Below the pieces are notes generated by a model, which saw nothing but the letters and a program-made list of their open reading frames with translations, was not told where the DNA came from and did no database searches. The translations under genes were made by a program, and so were the position numbers. From positions 1 to 22,120 of the forward strand of contig JANRJA010000069.1 of the NCBI GenBank assembly GCA_033764315.1: 22,120 bases of DNA, read 5' to 3'. The first letter of the stretch is position 1. Each line of letters starts with the position of its first letter. This document shows positions 8,887-17,337 of this stretch, piece after piece. This stretch comes from Oculatellaceae cyanobacterium bins.114. Lineage in GTDB: Bacteria; Cyanobacteriota; Cyanobacteriia; Elainellales; Elainellaceae.

Positions 8887-10215
8887 CTATTTTTGCAAAA
8901 CCACATGGGGATACTGTTTTTCAATGCGCTCTGCCACGATCTCAGGCACAATCTCGTGGGGTGAAAAGACCACGTTTGGCTGGAGTTGCTGCAACGAGTA
9001 ATCTTGGTGCATTCTCTGAGAGCCTCCGCTGGTGATGTTGAGGAGAATGTGATCCTGTTTCTCAACGGTGCCACTGTTGACCGCTTGCATCAAGGAGGCG
9101 ATCGCCACACCCGCCGCAGGGCAAACATCAATGCCTTCGAGTTGCTCAAACAAGACTCTGGCGGCTGCCGACTCTTGATTGGATACAGAATACATTTCTC
9201 CGTGGGTGTCAACGAGTGCCTCGTAAACGCCTCCCGCAACAGCATAAGCGGGTTGTCGATTAGTCAACACTTGAGCAGAAACTTGACTAATTTGCTCTTT
9301 GGCGGTGCTTTCATCTATCCACGAAATCTCTGTGTTGCCCGCTTTCCAGGCATCTACCATTGGGCAAAAGAGTAAACTTTGAGACAGGTGAAGTTTCATT
9401 TTGCCAGTGCCAAATCGCCCATCTGCTAACAACCGTAGATTGGCTTCCCAGGCCGCAATCCCACCAGTGCCAGAGCCAACCGCTTGAAAATAGTGATCGG
9501 GGATTCGTCCTAGTGTCACCGCCGCGTCTAAAACGGTTAGTCCCATTCCGTCTCGTCGAGCCACATTTGTGACACCCCCCTCCGGGAAAAAGCCTTCCAT
9601 TTGGCTAATCAGGCGTGAAAGGGCGATCGCATCTGAGTAGTCACCGCCCTCGCCGACAGCCACCAAAAAAACGCTAGAGGGTAATTCTTCCATTAACCAG
9701 ATTGCAGATAAGCTGCTCTCTGGCACAACCAGACACAGTGGAATTTGTTCTGCGGAGCAAATATTAGCAAAGGCTCTACCCGCATTACCTGCTGAGGCAA
9801 TTACCAACGTGCGCTCATGGCCTTGAGGAACTCTTGCCAGCACAGTGGCCGCTTCTAGTTCTTTAAAGGAACAGCTTAAAAAATGAGCATCGCGCTCAGC
9901 CCAATAACCGTTGAAACTGATAAAGAGGTGGTCTAATCCAAGGTGATGGGCGAGCTTTTTACTGGTGTAGGTAATGGGCTTGCCTATAACGTTGAGCGAT
10001 CGCTCAACCGGGAGCCAATCGATAAACTGAAACAGACCGGGTAAATCACGATGAATCTCAAGTGTGTGATTGGCGTAAACGCTCTGCAAAAGAGAGGGAC
10101 GATGCTCTGCGCTACAGGTCAGACGAAAGGGGTCGGGGAGATATTCCGCTCCACATAAAACACAGCGAAGGACATATTTTGACTCGTGGAGTGGCTGTTG
10201 GTAGTTGCAAAGCAT
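8887..10215 (-). CDS. Cysteate synthase-like PLP-dependent enzyme (threonine synthase/fold type II family)
   Basis: N-terminal CxxC (CVLC). ISFNGYW..R.A....CSFKELEA containing the PLP Lys, ASAGNAGRAF, EGGVTNVARRDGMG, HYFQAVGSGTGGIAAWEA and LLNITSGG. By recall these match archaeal/bacterial cysteate synthases better than canonical ThrC. Confidence 0.8.
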   Translation of the reverse strand: MLCNYQQPLHESKYVLRCVLCGAEYLPDPFRLTCSAEHRPSLLQSVYANHTLEIHRDLPGLFQFIDWLPVERSLNVIGKPITYTSKKLAHHLGLDHLFISFNGYWAERDAHFLSCSFKELEAATVLARVPQGHERTLVIASAGNAGRAFANICSAEQIPLCLVVPESSLSAIWLMEELPSSVFLVAVGEGGDYSDAIALSRLISQMEGFFPEGGVTNVARRDGMGLTVLDAAVTLGRIPDHYFQAVGSGTGGIAAWEANLRLLADGRFGTGKMKLHLSQSLLFCPMVDAWKAGNTEISWIDESTAKEQISQVSAQVLTNRQPAYAVAGGVYEALVDTHGEMYSVSNQESAAARVLFEQLEGIDVCPAAGVAIASLMQAVNSGTVEKQDHILLNITSGGSQRMHQDYSLQQLQPNVVFSPHEIVPEIVAERIEKQYPHVVLQK

Positions 10216-10375
10216 TTAGATTAAAAGTTGGGGGAGTAAAACCCTTTACAGATATGACGGGTTCATCAAAATGACAGTTTCCGGTGAAATTGAGATAAGA
10301 CTTTTTTTGCTGTAAAGGTCTTAAGAGAAACGGTCTTAGGAGCTGCACCTGGTAAAACCTACTCCGTAATACTTT

Positions 10376-10411
10376 TGCTCTAATACCTGCTCTAACACTT
10401 GCTCTAGTACT
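10376..10411. repeat. 3 x 12-bp direct repeat (TGCTCTA core) upstream of the cysteate synthase gene
   Basis: tgctctaatacc / tgctctaacact / tgctctagtact, about 160-195 bp upstream of the ATG at 10215. Confidence 0.8.
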
Positions 10412-10692
10412 AGGCTTTTTTGGTGAAATCAGGAGTTGCTGAATTTCATTAATGATAGAAAACACAGGTAAAAAACTCGGAAAGATCAAGCATCCATTTG
10501 AGGTAGTTCTAAACGGCATTGTTCTTTAAGTTCTGCCTGGAAGTGTAGATTGGGAGACGTTGCCTCCTCCAAGATCAATGGGTTGAAACCTAGCACATAC
10601 CCACGGTCTCATCATCTATCTCCAGAGCGAACTGAGCGCGTTACTAGCATCTCAAAATTCTTTTTTATCCTTCATTCTTCATCCTTTTCTTT

Positions 10693-11214
10693 TTAGTGTC
10701 CCTCTGATTTTGTTTCACGCATCTCTCGCTCGGCTGTAAAGGCAAGTTGAGTGGAGCCAAGGGTCAGTTGTCCGGTGAGTTCTTTGACAGGTTCACCTGT
10801 GAGATTACCTTCTAGCGTTACGGGAATTGCAGCGTTTGAGGATGATTGGGCTTCAAGTTGGCAATCTGCCAGTTTTGTTGTGCCCGATAAAGTAATGGCC
10901 TGGTCTTTCCAGCGTCCCGCTAGAGATGGGTTTTCTTCGGTCAGAGTATTTGCTTGAGAGCTTGCCGTTGTTTCAGCCTCCACCAGAGTTAGTGTGCCGT
11001 TGATATAAACCCCAGACTGTTGAATCACGAGCATCAGGCGATCGCTTTCAGAGCATCCCGCTAACGGTTCACTGATCAGATAGTGACCATTGATATTGGG
11101 AGGGGCCTTTAAATGTGTCTCTCCATAGGCACTGGTAAACCGAAACAGAATAGTGACGGAGCCAATCATGGTTCCATAAAATAGCAGGGATTTGGGTTGA
11201 AAGTGGCTGCTCAT
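10693..11214 (-). CDS. Hypothetical membrane-anchored or exported protein, translationally coupled to the antiporter
   Basis: 173 aa with an N-terminal hydrophobic helix (LLFYGTMIGSVTILF), two Cys and a beta-rich remainder. The start overlaps the antiporter stop (ATGA, 11211-11214). Confidence 0.8.
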   Translation of the reverse strand: MSSHFQPKSLLFYGTMIGSVTILFRFTSAYGETHLKAPPNINGHYLISEPLAGCSESDRLMLVIQQSGVYINGTLTLVEAETTASSQANTLTEENPSLAGRWKDQAITLSGTTKLADCQLEAQSSSNAAIPVTLEGNLTGEPVKELTGQLTLGSTQLAFTAEREMRETKSEGH

Positions 11215-13367
11215 GAGGGATAGGTAGAGTAAGGAAGGATGGAAGCGAGATGTGGTGTGACCTTGCTATAACGACGGGTGATCAAGAGTGAAGAGCGACA
11301 TCTTACAGCTAATTGATCGGTGTAATAACCTAGCGTTTGTCGCTCGATGCCCCATTCGCGAGAGGCACCCGCGATCGTTAGATCCACGCCTTCTGAAGCT
11401 TCGACTGCTGCTTGCAGAAAGTCACTGGATTCCAACACCGGAAAGGTAATGCGATCGCGCAGGTCGTTGGGCAGTTGCTGCATCACGCTACGAAATTCAT
11501 AGCTCAATTCGCTGGGTTGCTGCTCGTTCGAGGCGACTCGCAAAATTGTCAGATAACAGTTGGGTTTGCTGACCATAATGCGCAACGCTAGCTCTAACCC
11601 CAGGTCATTGTGAATTCCAGCAATGTAAGGAACAAGCAATTTTTCTAATTTTTCGGGGTGGCGATCGATAAAGACGGCAACATCGGTTTTAGCGGTGCTG
11701 AGGATCTGTCCCACCCGTCCTCCTAAGCGGTTATCACTAAACGCTGGACGGTGCCATCCTACGAGAATTAAATCGGTTTGATCAATATCGGCGATCGTAG
11801 CTGTCTCTCTAGCAACGTCGTTGCCAATCCTGACAATTGGCAGAATCAGCGACTGCACTGAGGGTGGCTCAAGCGTCTGGATTAATGACTGCAACTGAGC
11901 TTGTTGTTTGGCAATGATGCGTTCTGCCTCGGCAGGCATGCTCTCAAATACGTAATCTTCATCCAGTTGAATCAAGCTCAGGGGATGCACCACAGCTCTT
12001 TGGGGTTCAGTGCCAGCGATCGCCACCGCGAGTTGTAGCAACCCTTGTTGGGTATCAGGATTCGCAACAGGCACCAAAATGCGGTAAGTCATTTCAGGGT
12101 CGGTTGATACCTTTGTTGTTTCTGAGGGTTCTACTAAATCTTGCCGAATCAAGTGTTTAGCATAGGTCCACTCTAGTAAAGGCGAGGTCATAAATGTGGT
12201 CACTAATGCCATAATCACCAGCATCGTAAACAACAACGGTGAGATGACCCCCAGACTCAAACCAATGTTGAGCACAATTAATTCCGTCAAACCGCGTGTA
12301 TTCATCAACCAACCCAGGGCTGAGGCTTCTCGCTGTTGTAGCCCACAGACGCGGGCGGCGACATAGGTGCCAATATACTTTCCGCCGATCGCCACCAACA
12401 GCACTGCCCCACACAGCAGCCACAAGCCAGGGGTGTTTAACAGACCAATTTGGGTACGTAAGCCGCTATAGGCAAAGAAAATTGGCAACAAAAAAGTGAG
12501 AACAAAATCTTCTGTTTTGAGGGCTAGTTCGCGGGTTAACCCATCGTTTTTGGGCATCACTGCCCCTAACAAAAAGGCTCCAAAAATTAAGTGAATGCCA
12601 ATCAATTCCGTGATTAAGGCAGAGGCGACTACGCCCATGTAAATGCCTGCCAACACAAACTGGGTCAACCTACCCGTGCGATCGTAGTGCTTTGAGAGCC
12701 GTTTTAAGAACGATCGCCCCACTGTCACCATAAACGCGATGTAGACGGCTGAAAGCAGTAATGTGGGGAGTGCCCCAATCATGCTATTGGTGCGAGTGAC
12801 GGCGATCGCTGCGGCTAACAGACACCATGCCGTTACATCATCCACGGCAGCACAGGTCAGAGCCAGAGTGCCCAACCGACTCCCCTGCAAATTGTTTTCA
12901 GTAATGATGCGGGCTAGTACCGGAAAGGCCGTAATGGACATGGCCGATCCTAAAAACAGTGAAAAGGCGGTGAACGAGACACTGTCGTTCGATACCAAAG
13001 GATAGAGCAGCAATGCCAGTAACGCACCCAATGAAAATGGCACCACAATACTGACGTGAGAGGTCAAAACGGCTACTTCTAATTGCCCCTGAAGATATTT
13101 TGGATTTAGCTCTAAGCCAATCAAAAACATGAAAAAGATCAGTCCCACTTGCGACAAGATATTGAGAAACGGAATCGTCTCTGGTGGGAATAGTGCGGCT
13201 GCTACATCAGGGGCAATTAACCCAAATAAAGAGGGACCCAGCATGATCCCGGCGACGATCTCACCAATCACCAGGGGTTGTCGCAGCCAACGAAAGCCCA
13301 AACCGACTAAACGAGATAAGCCGATCACCAATAGAACTTGTAACAAGACGAGAACAATGGTTGACAT
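11211..13367 (-). CDS. Cation:proton antiporter, CPA2 family (NhaS4/CHX-like), with C-terminal universal-stress-protein-like domains
   Basis: RQPLVIGEIVAGIMLGPS, SITAFPVLARI, AAVDDVTAW, FGAFLLG and LMNTRGLTELIV motifs. Soluble tail begins RILVPVANP. Start placed at ATG 13367 (MSTIVL) because the upstream 52 codons translate a low-complexity tract. Confidence 0.93.
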   Translation of the reverse strand: MSTIVLVLLQVLLVIGLSRLVGLGFRWLRQPLVIGEIVAGIMLGPSLFGLIAPDVAAALFPPETIPFLNILSQVGLIFFMFLIGLELNPKYLQGQLEVAVLTSHVSIVVPFSLGALLALLLYPLVSNDSVSFTAFSLFLGSAMSITAFPVLARIITENNLQGSRLGTLALTCAAVDDVTAWCLLAAAIAVTRTNSMIGALPTLLLSAVYIAFMVTVGRSFLKRLSKHYDRTGRLTQFVLAGIYMGVVASALITELIGIHLIFGAFLLGAVMPKNDGLTRELALKTEDFVLTFLLPIFFAYSGLRTQIGLLNTPGLWLLCGAVLLVAIGGKYIGTYVAARVCGLQQREASALGWLMNTRGLTELIVLNIGLSLGVISPLLFTMLVIMALVTTFMTSPLLEWTYAKHLIRQDLVEPSETTKVSTDPEMTYRILVPVANPDTQQGLLQLAVAIAGTEPQRAVVHPLSLIQLDEDYVFESMPAEAERIIAKQQAQLQSLIQTLEPPSVQSLILPIVRIGNDVARETATIADIDQTDLILVGWHRPAFSDNRLGGRVGQILSTAKTDVAVFIDRHPEKLEKLLVPYIAGIHNDLGLELALRIMVSKPNCYLTILRVASNEQQPSELSYEFRSVMQQLPNDLRDRITFPVLESSDFLQAAVEASEGVDLTIAGASREWGIERQTLGYYTDQLAVRCRSSLLITRRYSKVTPHLASILPYSTYPS

Positions 13368-13705
13368 AGAAGAAAAAATGAGGAGTGAAGAGAGAAAAAA
13401 ATACGGAGTGGAGGATGAAGCAGGATAAAAAAAGGAGAAGAGAAGAAAGCGAAGAGGACAGCAGGTAGAGATTAGAGATATGTCGGTTAAAGTCTGACTG
13501 TCAACCTTCTCACCCATCTGCACATCAAAGTGAGACTAGTGTACACGGCACTTTAGTCACAGGCAGGCAGGAACAAAGGCAAAACCTGGATTGACACAAA
13601 CGTTGAGCATCGTTGGAGATTGCAGTTGTCGGGTGGTGTCAGCGACAGCGTAACGCTCTCCATGATTTCTCTGGTAAAAGTTTTTATTTGCTATGGTTTT
13701 ACTTT

Positions 13706-14560
13706 TCACTCTTCACCCTTTTTTCGATAAGGTGTGCCGTTGTCCCAGGGAGCGATCGCCCATCCCTGTTGTTGACACTGTTGCTTAACTTCTGGTTCAT
13801 GGTGAGCAGCTACAAACAAGAGTACTCCACCTTCTGAGCCATCATTTCGATTCAAAGCAGCGGCGATCGCTTCAAAGGGTTGCAGGTGATAGCCATTCCA
13901 GCCCAAAACAGGGTAAGTGTCTCGCACGATCATCAGCGATCGCTGTGCACCTTTAACAGTGCCCGCCAACGTCACAAAGTGACCTACACTCCAATCGGGT
14001 GCAGGAGGTTCAATCGGGGTTCCTTGCAAATAGGCGATCGCCCGTCCTAAATTTAGCCGCGATCCCCAAAAGTGTCTCGTCTGAACGTTACATAATGGAA
14101 CAGTTTGCCAATGCGAGAAGGTGTGACAAAGGTCGATCAGGGTTTCCAGGTGAGCGGCTGTCCAGGTGGTTTTGAGCGGGATCAAGGTGTATGCAGCTGA
14201 GGAAGCTTGCACCGTAGCGGCCAGCAGTCCTGGGATTGAAGTGCCCCCTAACTCTGGAGCACAGGTTGGCAAGGGAACGGCATAATCTTGCCGAGAACTG
14301 GCACCAGTGGGCACCCATTGTTGTGGATCATCCCCCATCGGCAGAACCGAACCAGCGAGTTGCCCTAACCGAGCAGGATCAATGTGGCTCACCTCATATG
14401 CCTTGAGCAAGGTCGAAATCCAGTAGGGGCCACATAGGTTGTCTGGTTGCTGACCCGCTAATTGGTGTGCTTCTATTAAGCGGAGTGAACCAGGAAGCCA
14501 CTGAATCCACTCAGTGCATTGAGACAGGTCAGAATGAGTTGGTGCTAAAGGATTCATCAA
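13706..14560 (-). CDS. Hypothetical protein with papain-like (C39/phytochelatin-synthase-like) Cys-His-Asp signature
   Basis: 284 aa with QQPDNLCGP (Q-x4-C-G), VGHFVTLAG and IVRDTY motifs in the canonical order. Confidence 0.75.
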   Translation of the reverse strand: MMNPLAPTHSDLSQCTEWIQWLPGSLRLIEAHQLAGQQPDNLCGPYWISTLLKAYEVSHIDPARLGQLAGSVLPMGDDPQQWVPTGASSRQDYAVPLPTCAPELGGTSIPGLLAATVQASSAAYTLIPLKTTWTAAHLETLIDLCHTFSHWQTVPLCNVQTRHFWGSRLNLGRAIAYLQGTPIEPPAPDWSVGHFVTLAGTVKGAQRSLMIVRDTYPVLGWNGYHLQPFEAIAAALNRNDGSEGGVLLFVAAHHEPEVKQQCQQQGWAIAPWDNGTPYRKKGEE

Positions 14561-14694
14561 GGGTTAAGAGTCTGAGCCAATTCTGGTAACAGCATCACAA
14601 TCGCCTATTTGCTCTGATAAATCTACCGTTTCCCTGTAAATTTGTTGCACAACTGCAAGAATTAGGTTTGGGGCGATCGCTTCGCTAAACCTTC

Positions 14695-15174
14695 GTGTCA
14701 CAATCGGGTAAGTTAAGCTACTACTCAACCCCCTCAAGCGTCTCTGTGAAACGAATCCCGTGGTTTTCTTTATCACTCCTACTCATTGCATATAGCAGCT
14801 TTAGCTGGCTTCTATATCAATCCACGGCAACCTGGCTTGTTTGGGTGATCGCCCTTAGTTTTGCTCTAACCCAAGCTTTGTTATTAACGGCCTTCCTACA
14901 AGGCTTTCGGTTTTTTGTCAGAAGTTGGCTCAAATCAGATATTGGCTACTTCTCTGTGATTGCGCTCAGTGCTTTTTCGATCGCTGGGGTTCTCGTCTGG
15001 ATTCATGTCTTTGAATATGTCCTGATGTTGGTAGCCGCTGAAATTTTGGCTCGGATGGATCTGCAAAATGCTGGCTTCAATCAATGGCAAGCTCTAGGAT
15101 TACTAACGTTAGCGTCCATCCTGGGATTGTCAGTGGGTTATACCGCGCAAGAGCTAACGTTTAAGATGGGGTGA
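14695..15174 (+). CDS. Hypothetical integral membrane protein
   Basis: 159 aa with about 5 hydrophobic helices. GTG start is uncertain. Confidence 0.8.
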   Translation: MSQSGKLSYYSTPSSVSVKRIPWFSLSLLLIAYSSFSWLLYQSTATWLVWVIALSFALTQALLLTAFLQGFRFFVRSWLKSDIGYFSVIALSAFSIAGVLVWIHVFEYVLMLVAAEILARMDLQNAGFNQWQALGLLTLASILGLSVGYTAQELTFKMG

Positions 15175-15495
15175 GACACTCAGGACACGACTGATTTCAA
15201 TCTGAAATTAAAGCTTTAAGTACCTCATGAGCTATTGATTTGCTCTCAAGGTTGATATGCTGTCGTGAAGATTGGGTTACGGTTTTTAGAAACAGGCTCC
15301 AACAAAACTCCAACACAGGCTCAAACGAAACCAATGGACACTGAAGAAATCGGCACACAGGGTGGAGAGATTTTTGACAATGTCGAACACACTAAGGTTA
15401 GCGTTTAACTGTCCTTGCCCTTCAGCCTTGCTGGTGGGCAATTTTTGTTTGTTGCGTGGCTGCGGTTAATTCTATACAACGCTAGAGGTAACACC

Positions 15496-15810
15496 GTGAA
15501 AATTGTCTGGGAGCGAAGCGTTTACGTTGGCAATGTTCCAGTTTTTTGTACAATTTGCGGTCATCAGTCATACCCCATCCGTGCTCAAGGCAACCAATTG
15601 CTGCTCGCAGTGTTATATGACAAACAAGGAGTCGTGCGAGGTGAAGTTTGCCGGGATTGCGTCTCTGTAGGTTCAGCAGGTATCAAAGCCCGTTTACAAG
15701 AGAGAATTCAGGTATTGCAGACTAAAATGGCTGAGCTACAATCAGTGGCTCAAGAAGACGTAGAAACCCCTAGCCTGGAACAAGAATTTCAGGTGCACCG
15801 TGGGCAGTAG
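15496..15810 (+). CDS. Small putative Zn-binding protein (2 x CxxC) with coiled-coil C-terminus
   Basis: GTG at 15496 follows a GAGG SD and gives MKIVWERS. CTICG and CRDC motifs, then heptad-like LQERIQVLQTKMAELQ. Confidence 0.8.
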   Translation: MKIVWERSVYVGNVPVFCTICGHQSYPIRAQGNQLLLAVLYDKQGVVRGEVCRDCVSVGSAGIKARLQERIQVLQTKMAELQSVAQEDVETPSLEQEFQVHRGQ

Positions 15811-15849
15811 CGGCAGCAGATAGAAGGATGTGTCTCGTCTCGCTGTGCA

Positions 15850-15888
15850 AGGGGTTGGGTGAATCTTTTCCCAATGCCCTATTTTTAA
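15850..15888 (+). terminator. Possible rho-independent terminator
   Basis: aggggttggg ... cccaatgccct imperfect stem followed by atttttaat, 40 bp after the stop at 15810. Confidence 0.5.
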
Positions 15889-15891
15889 TGC

Positions 15892-16066
15892 ATCGATGAG
15901 GATTGAGTGTTGAGTGAAAGGGAAACGCGATGTGCAACCTAAGGGTTTAGATTCTCGGTTTCTCGTTGGAACTGGCGGGAAGGTGCCGAGTTACATCCCT
16001 GGAAACCGGGGATCTGGAATAGTCGCACATGGGGTAGGGAAAGCTTTTAACGATTTTTTGGCGATC
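15892..16066 (+). ncRNA. ssrS: Rod-shaped structured RNA, most likely 6S RNA (ssrS/ssaA)
   Basis: Nested pairings: atcg 15892-95/cgat 16062-65; gaggattg/cgattttt; gttgag/tttaac; a ~15-nt purine-rich bubble on each side; atgtgcaac 15930-38/gtcgcacat 16022-30; 16-bp ttagattctcggtttc 15947-62/gaaaccggggatctgg 16002-17; aactggc/gccgagtt apical stem. The many G:U pairs favour the + strand. Length and central bubble fit 6S RNA. Ends are approximate. Confidence 0.7.
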
Positions 16067-16067
16067 T

Positions 16068-16445
16068 TTAGCGATCGCTCATTAACCGCAGTGGCACAAC
16101 GGTCTGGTTTATCAGAATGGCAAGGCGTTTGAGCAGATTTGCCAAACTTTTAGAGTGGGCGATCGCCCAGCCATTGGCAGCTAAACAAGTTGCCCCTAAC
16201 CACAGCAAGACAAAGGTGGGAATCATCACAACCCCAATCATGAACCAGGTGCCAACATGCAGTACCATAACAAGGGCATAAAAGCTGGCGATCGTTGTCA
16301 TCAAGCGTATATGAGCGGGAGGGCGATCGAAACCCACAAATAGAAGCGTTTGCACCGTTGCTATTAGATTGGCAGGCACCAAAAATGCGCAGATGGCAAC
16401 GCAATGGGTGCGTGAAAATTCAAACAGTGGAGTTAGTTCAACCAT
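16068..16445 (-). CDS. Small hypothetical membrane protein
   Basis: Likely start ATG 16445 (MVELTPLFEFSRTHCVAICAFLVPANL), with about 3 hydrophobic helices. It converges on the putative 6S RNA. Confidence 0.8.
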   Translation of the reverse strand: MVELTPLFEFSRTHCVAICAFLVPANLIATVQTLLFVGFDRPPAHIRLMTTIASFYALVMVLHVGTWFMIGVVMIPTFVLLWLGATCLAANGWAIAHSKSLANLLKRLAILINQTVVPLRLMSDR

Positions 16446-16506
16446 TCGCTCAGGATACACACTTCTAAAAAAACTATCCCCAAATCTTGCGATTTCCCTA
16501 AACATC

Positions 16507-17193
16507 ATGAAACGAATCTTTACACACATCACCCAAAACAGTTTGTGGCAAAGTCAAGAATCCTGCTCGGGTCGAGGGTCTGAATTGGCGTGTACAGCTT
16601 CGATTCGGGCGGCACTACCAACGGTATTGCAAGACTTGAATATCCAATCCATTTTAGATGCTCCCTGCGGTGACTTTAACTGGATGCGTCACCTCTCACT
16701 AGAAGGCATCGACTACACCGGCATGGATGTCGTCCCAGCCGTCATTGAGCAAAATCAGCGCACCTATGGCAGCGAGACAATTCGCTTTTTAGCCGCTGAC
16801 ATTGCCAGTGACACCCTGCCTCAAGCTGATCTGGTGATTTGTCGAGACTGTCTAGTGCATCTCTCACTGAGAACAGGCTATCGGGCGTTGCAGCAGTTTC
16901 AACGCAGTGGCTCTAAATATTTATTGGTGACAACTTATCCACAAACGTCTGAAAACCAAGATGTGGCAACAGGTTCCTGGCGATCGCTCAATCTCAACTT
17001 GCCTCCCTTTAACTTCAGCGAACCCCTGATGTTAATCAGTGATCCCAGTGATGACACAGGCGCACACCCCGACAAAGCTTTGGGTTTGTGGAAGCTCGAT
17101 ACTCTAAATTTATCCAAGCTACCCGCACTGTCTCCCCAAGTGATGTTGACTACCTTCATTCGAGAAAACCTTAATCCCACTTGGCAGTGGTAA
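16507..17193 (+). CDS. Class I SAM-dependent methyltransferase
   Basis: Motif I SILDAPCGDFNW, YTGMDVV, ADI and DLVICRDCLVHL. Start at ATG 16507 avoids an overlap with the divergent gene. Confidence 0.88.
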   Translation: MKRIFTHITQNSLWQSQESCSGRGSELACTASIRAALPTVLQDLNIQSILDAPCGDFNWMRHLSLEGIDYTGMDVVPAVIEQNQRTYGSETIRFLAADIASDTLPQADLVICRDCLVHLSLRTGYRALQQFQRSGSKYLLVTTYPQTSENQDVATGSWRSLNLNLPPFNFSEPLMLISDPSDDTGAHPDKALGLWKLDTLNLSKLPALSPQVMLTTFIRENLNPTWQW

Positions 17194-17337
17194 GGGCTGA
17201 AGGATAAAGGCTGAAGGAAGGATGAGCAAGAGCGAGGCATGCAGAGGATTTCAAGAGTCAAAGAAGCCAGAGAGTGGAAAACAGGACGATTAAAATTTTT
17301 AATCATCTTTTAGTCTTTATCCCTCATCCTTTATCCT
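17194..17337. repeat. Inverted clusters of heptamer repeats (AGGMTRA / TYATCCY), STRR-like
   Basis: gggctga-aggataa-aggctga-agga-aggatga (17194-17225) faces ttatccc-tcatcct-ttatcct (17317-17337). An inner perfect palindrome gattaaaa-t-ttttaatc lies at 17288-17304. Confidence 0.7.

Noticed and set aside
10112..10519. 135-aa minus-strand ORF upstream of and overlapping the cysteate synthase gene
   Set aside because: It has no recognisable motifs, overlaps the real gene out of frame and spans repeat/promoter-like sequence.
13368..13700. c-di-AMP (ydaO) riboswitch upstream of the antiporter, and the 52-aa N-terminal extension of the antiporter
   Set aside because: No ydaO consensus is recognisable on the minus strand. 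The extension translates a low-complexity pyrimidine tract.
15914..15995. Cobalamin or SAM-I riboswitch, or SRP RNA (AAGGGAA and GGAAGGTGCC motifs)
   Set aside because: The remaining consensus elements are absent, there is no co-directional downstream gene, and the fold is a single rod.
15914..16132. 72-aa ORF on the + strand
   Set aside because: It overlaps a strongly base-paired RNA and the convergent gene, and has no protein-like features.
16369..16532. Long head-to-head overlap of the methyltransferase and membrane-protein ORFs
   Set aside because: Internal ATGs at 16445 (-) and 16507 (+) give non-overlapping divergent genes. The extensions look like longest-ORF artefacts.
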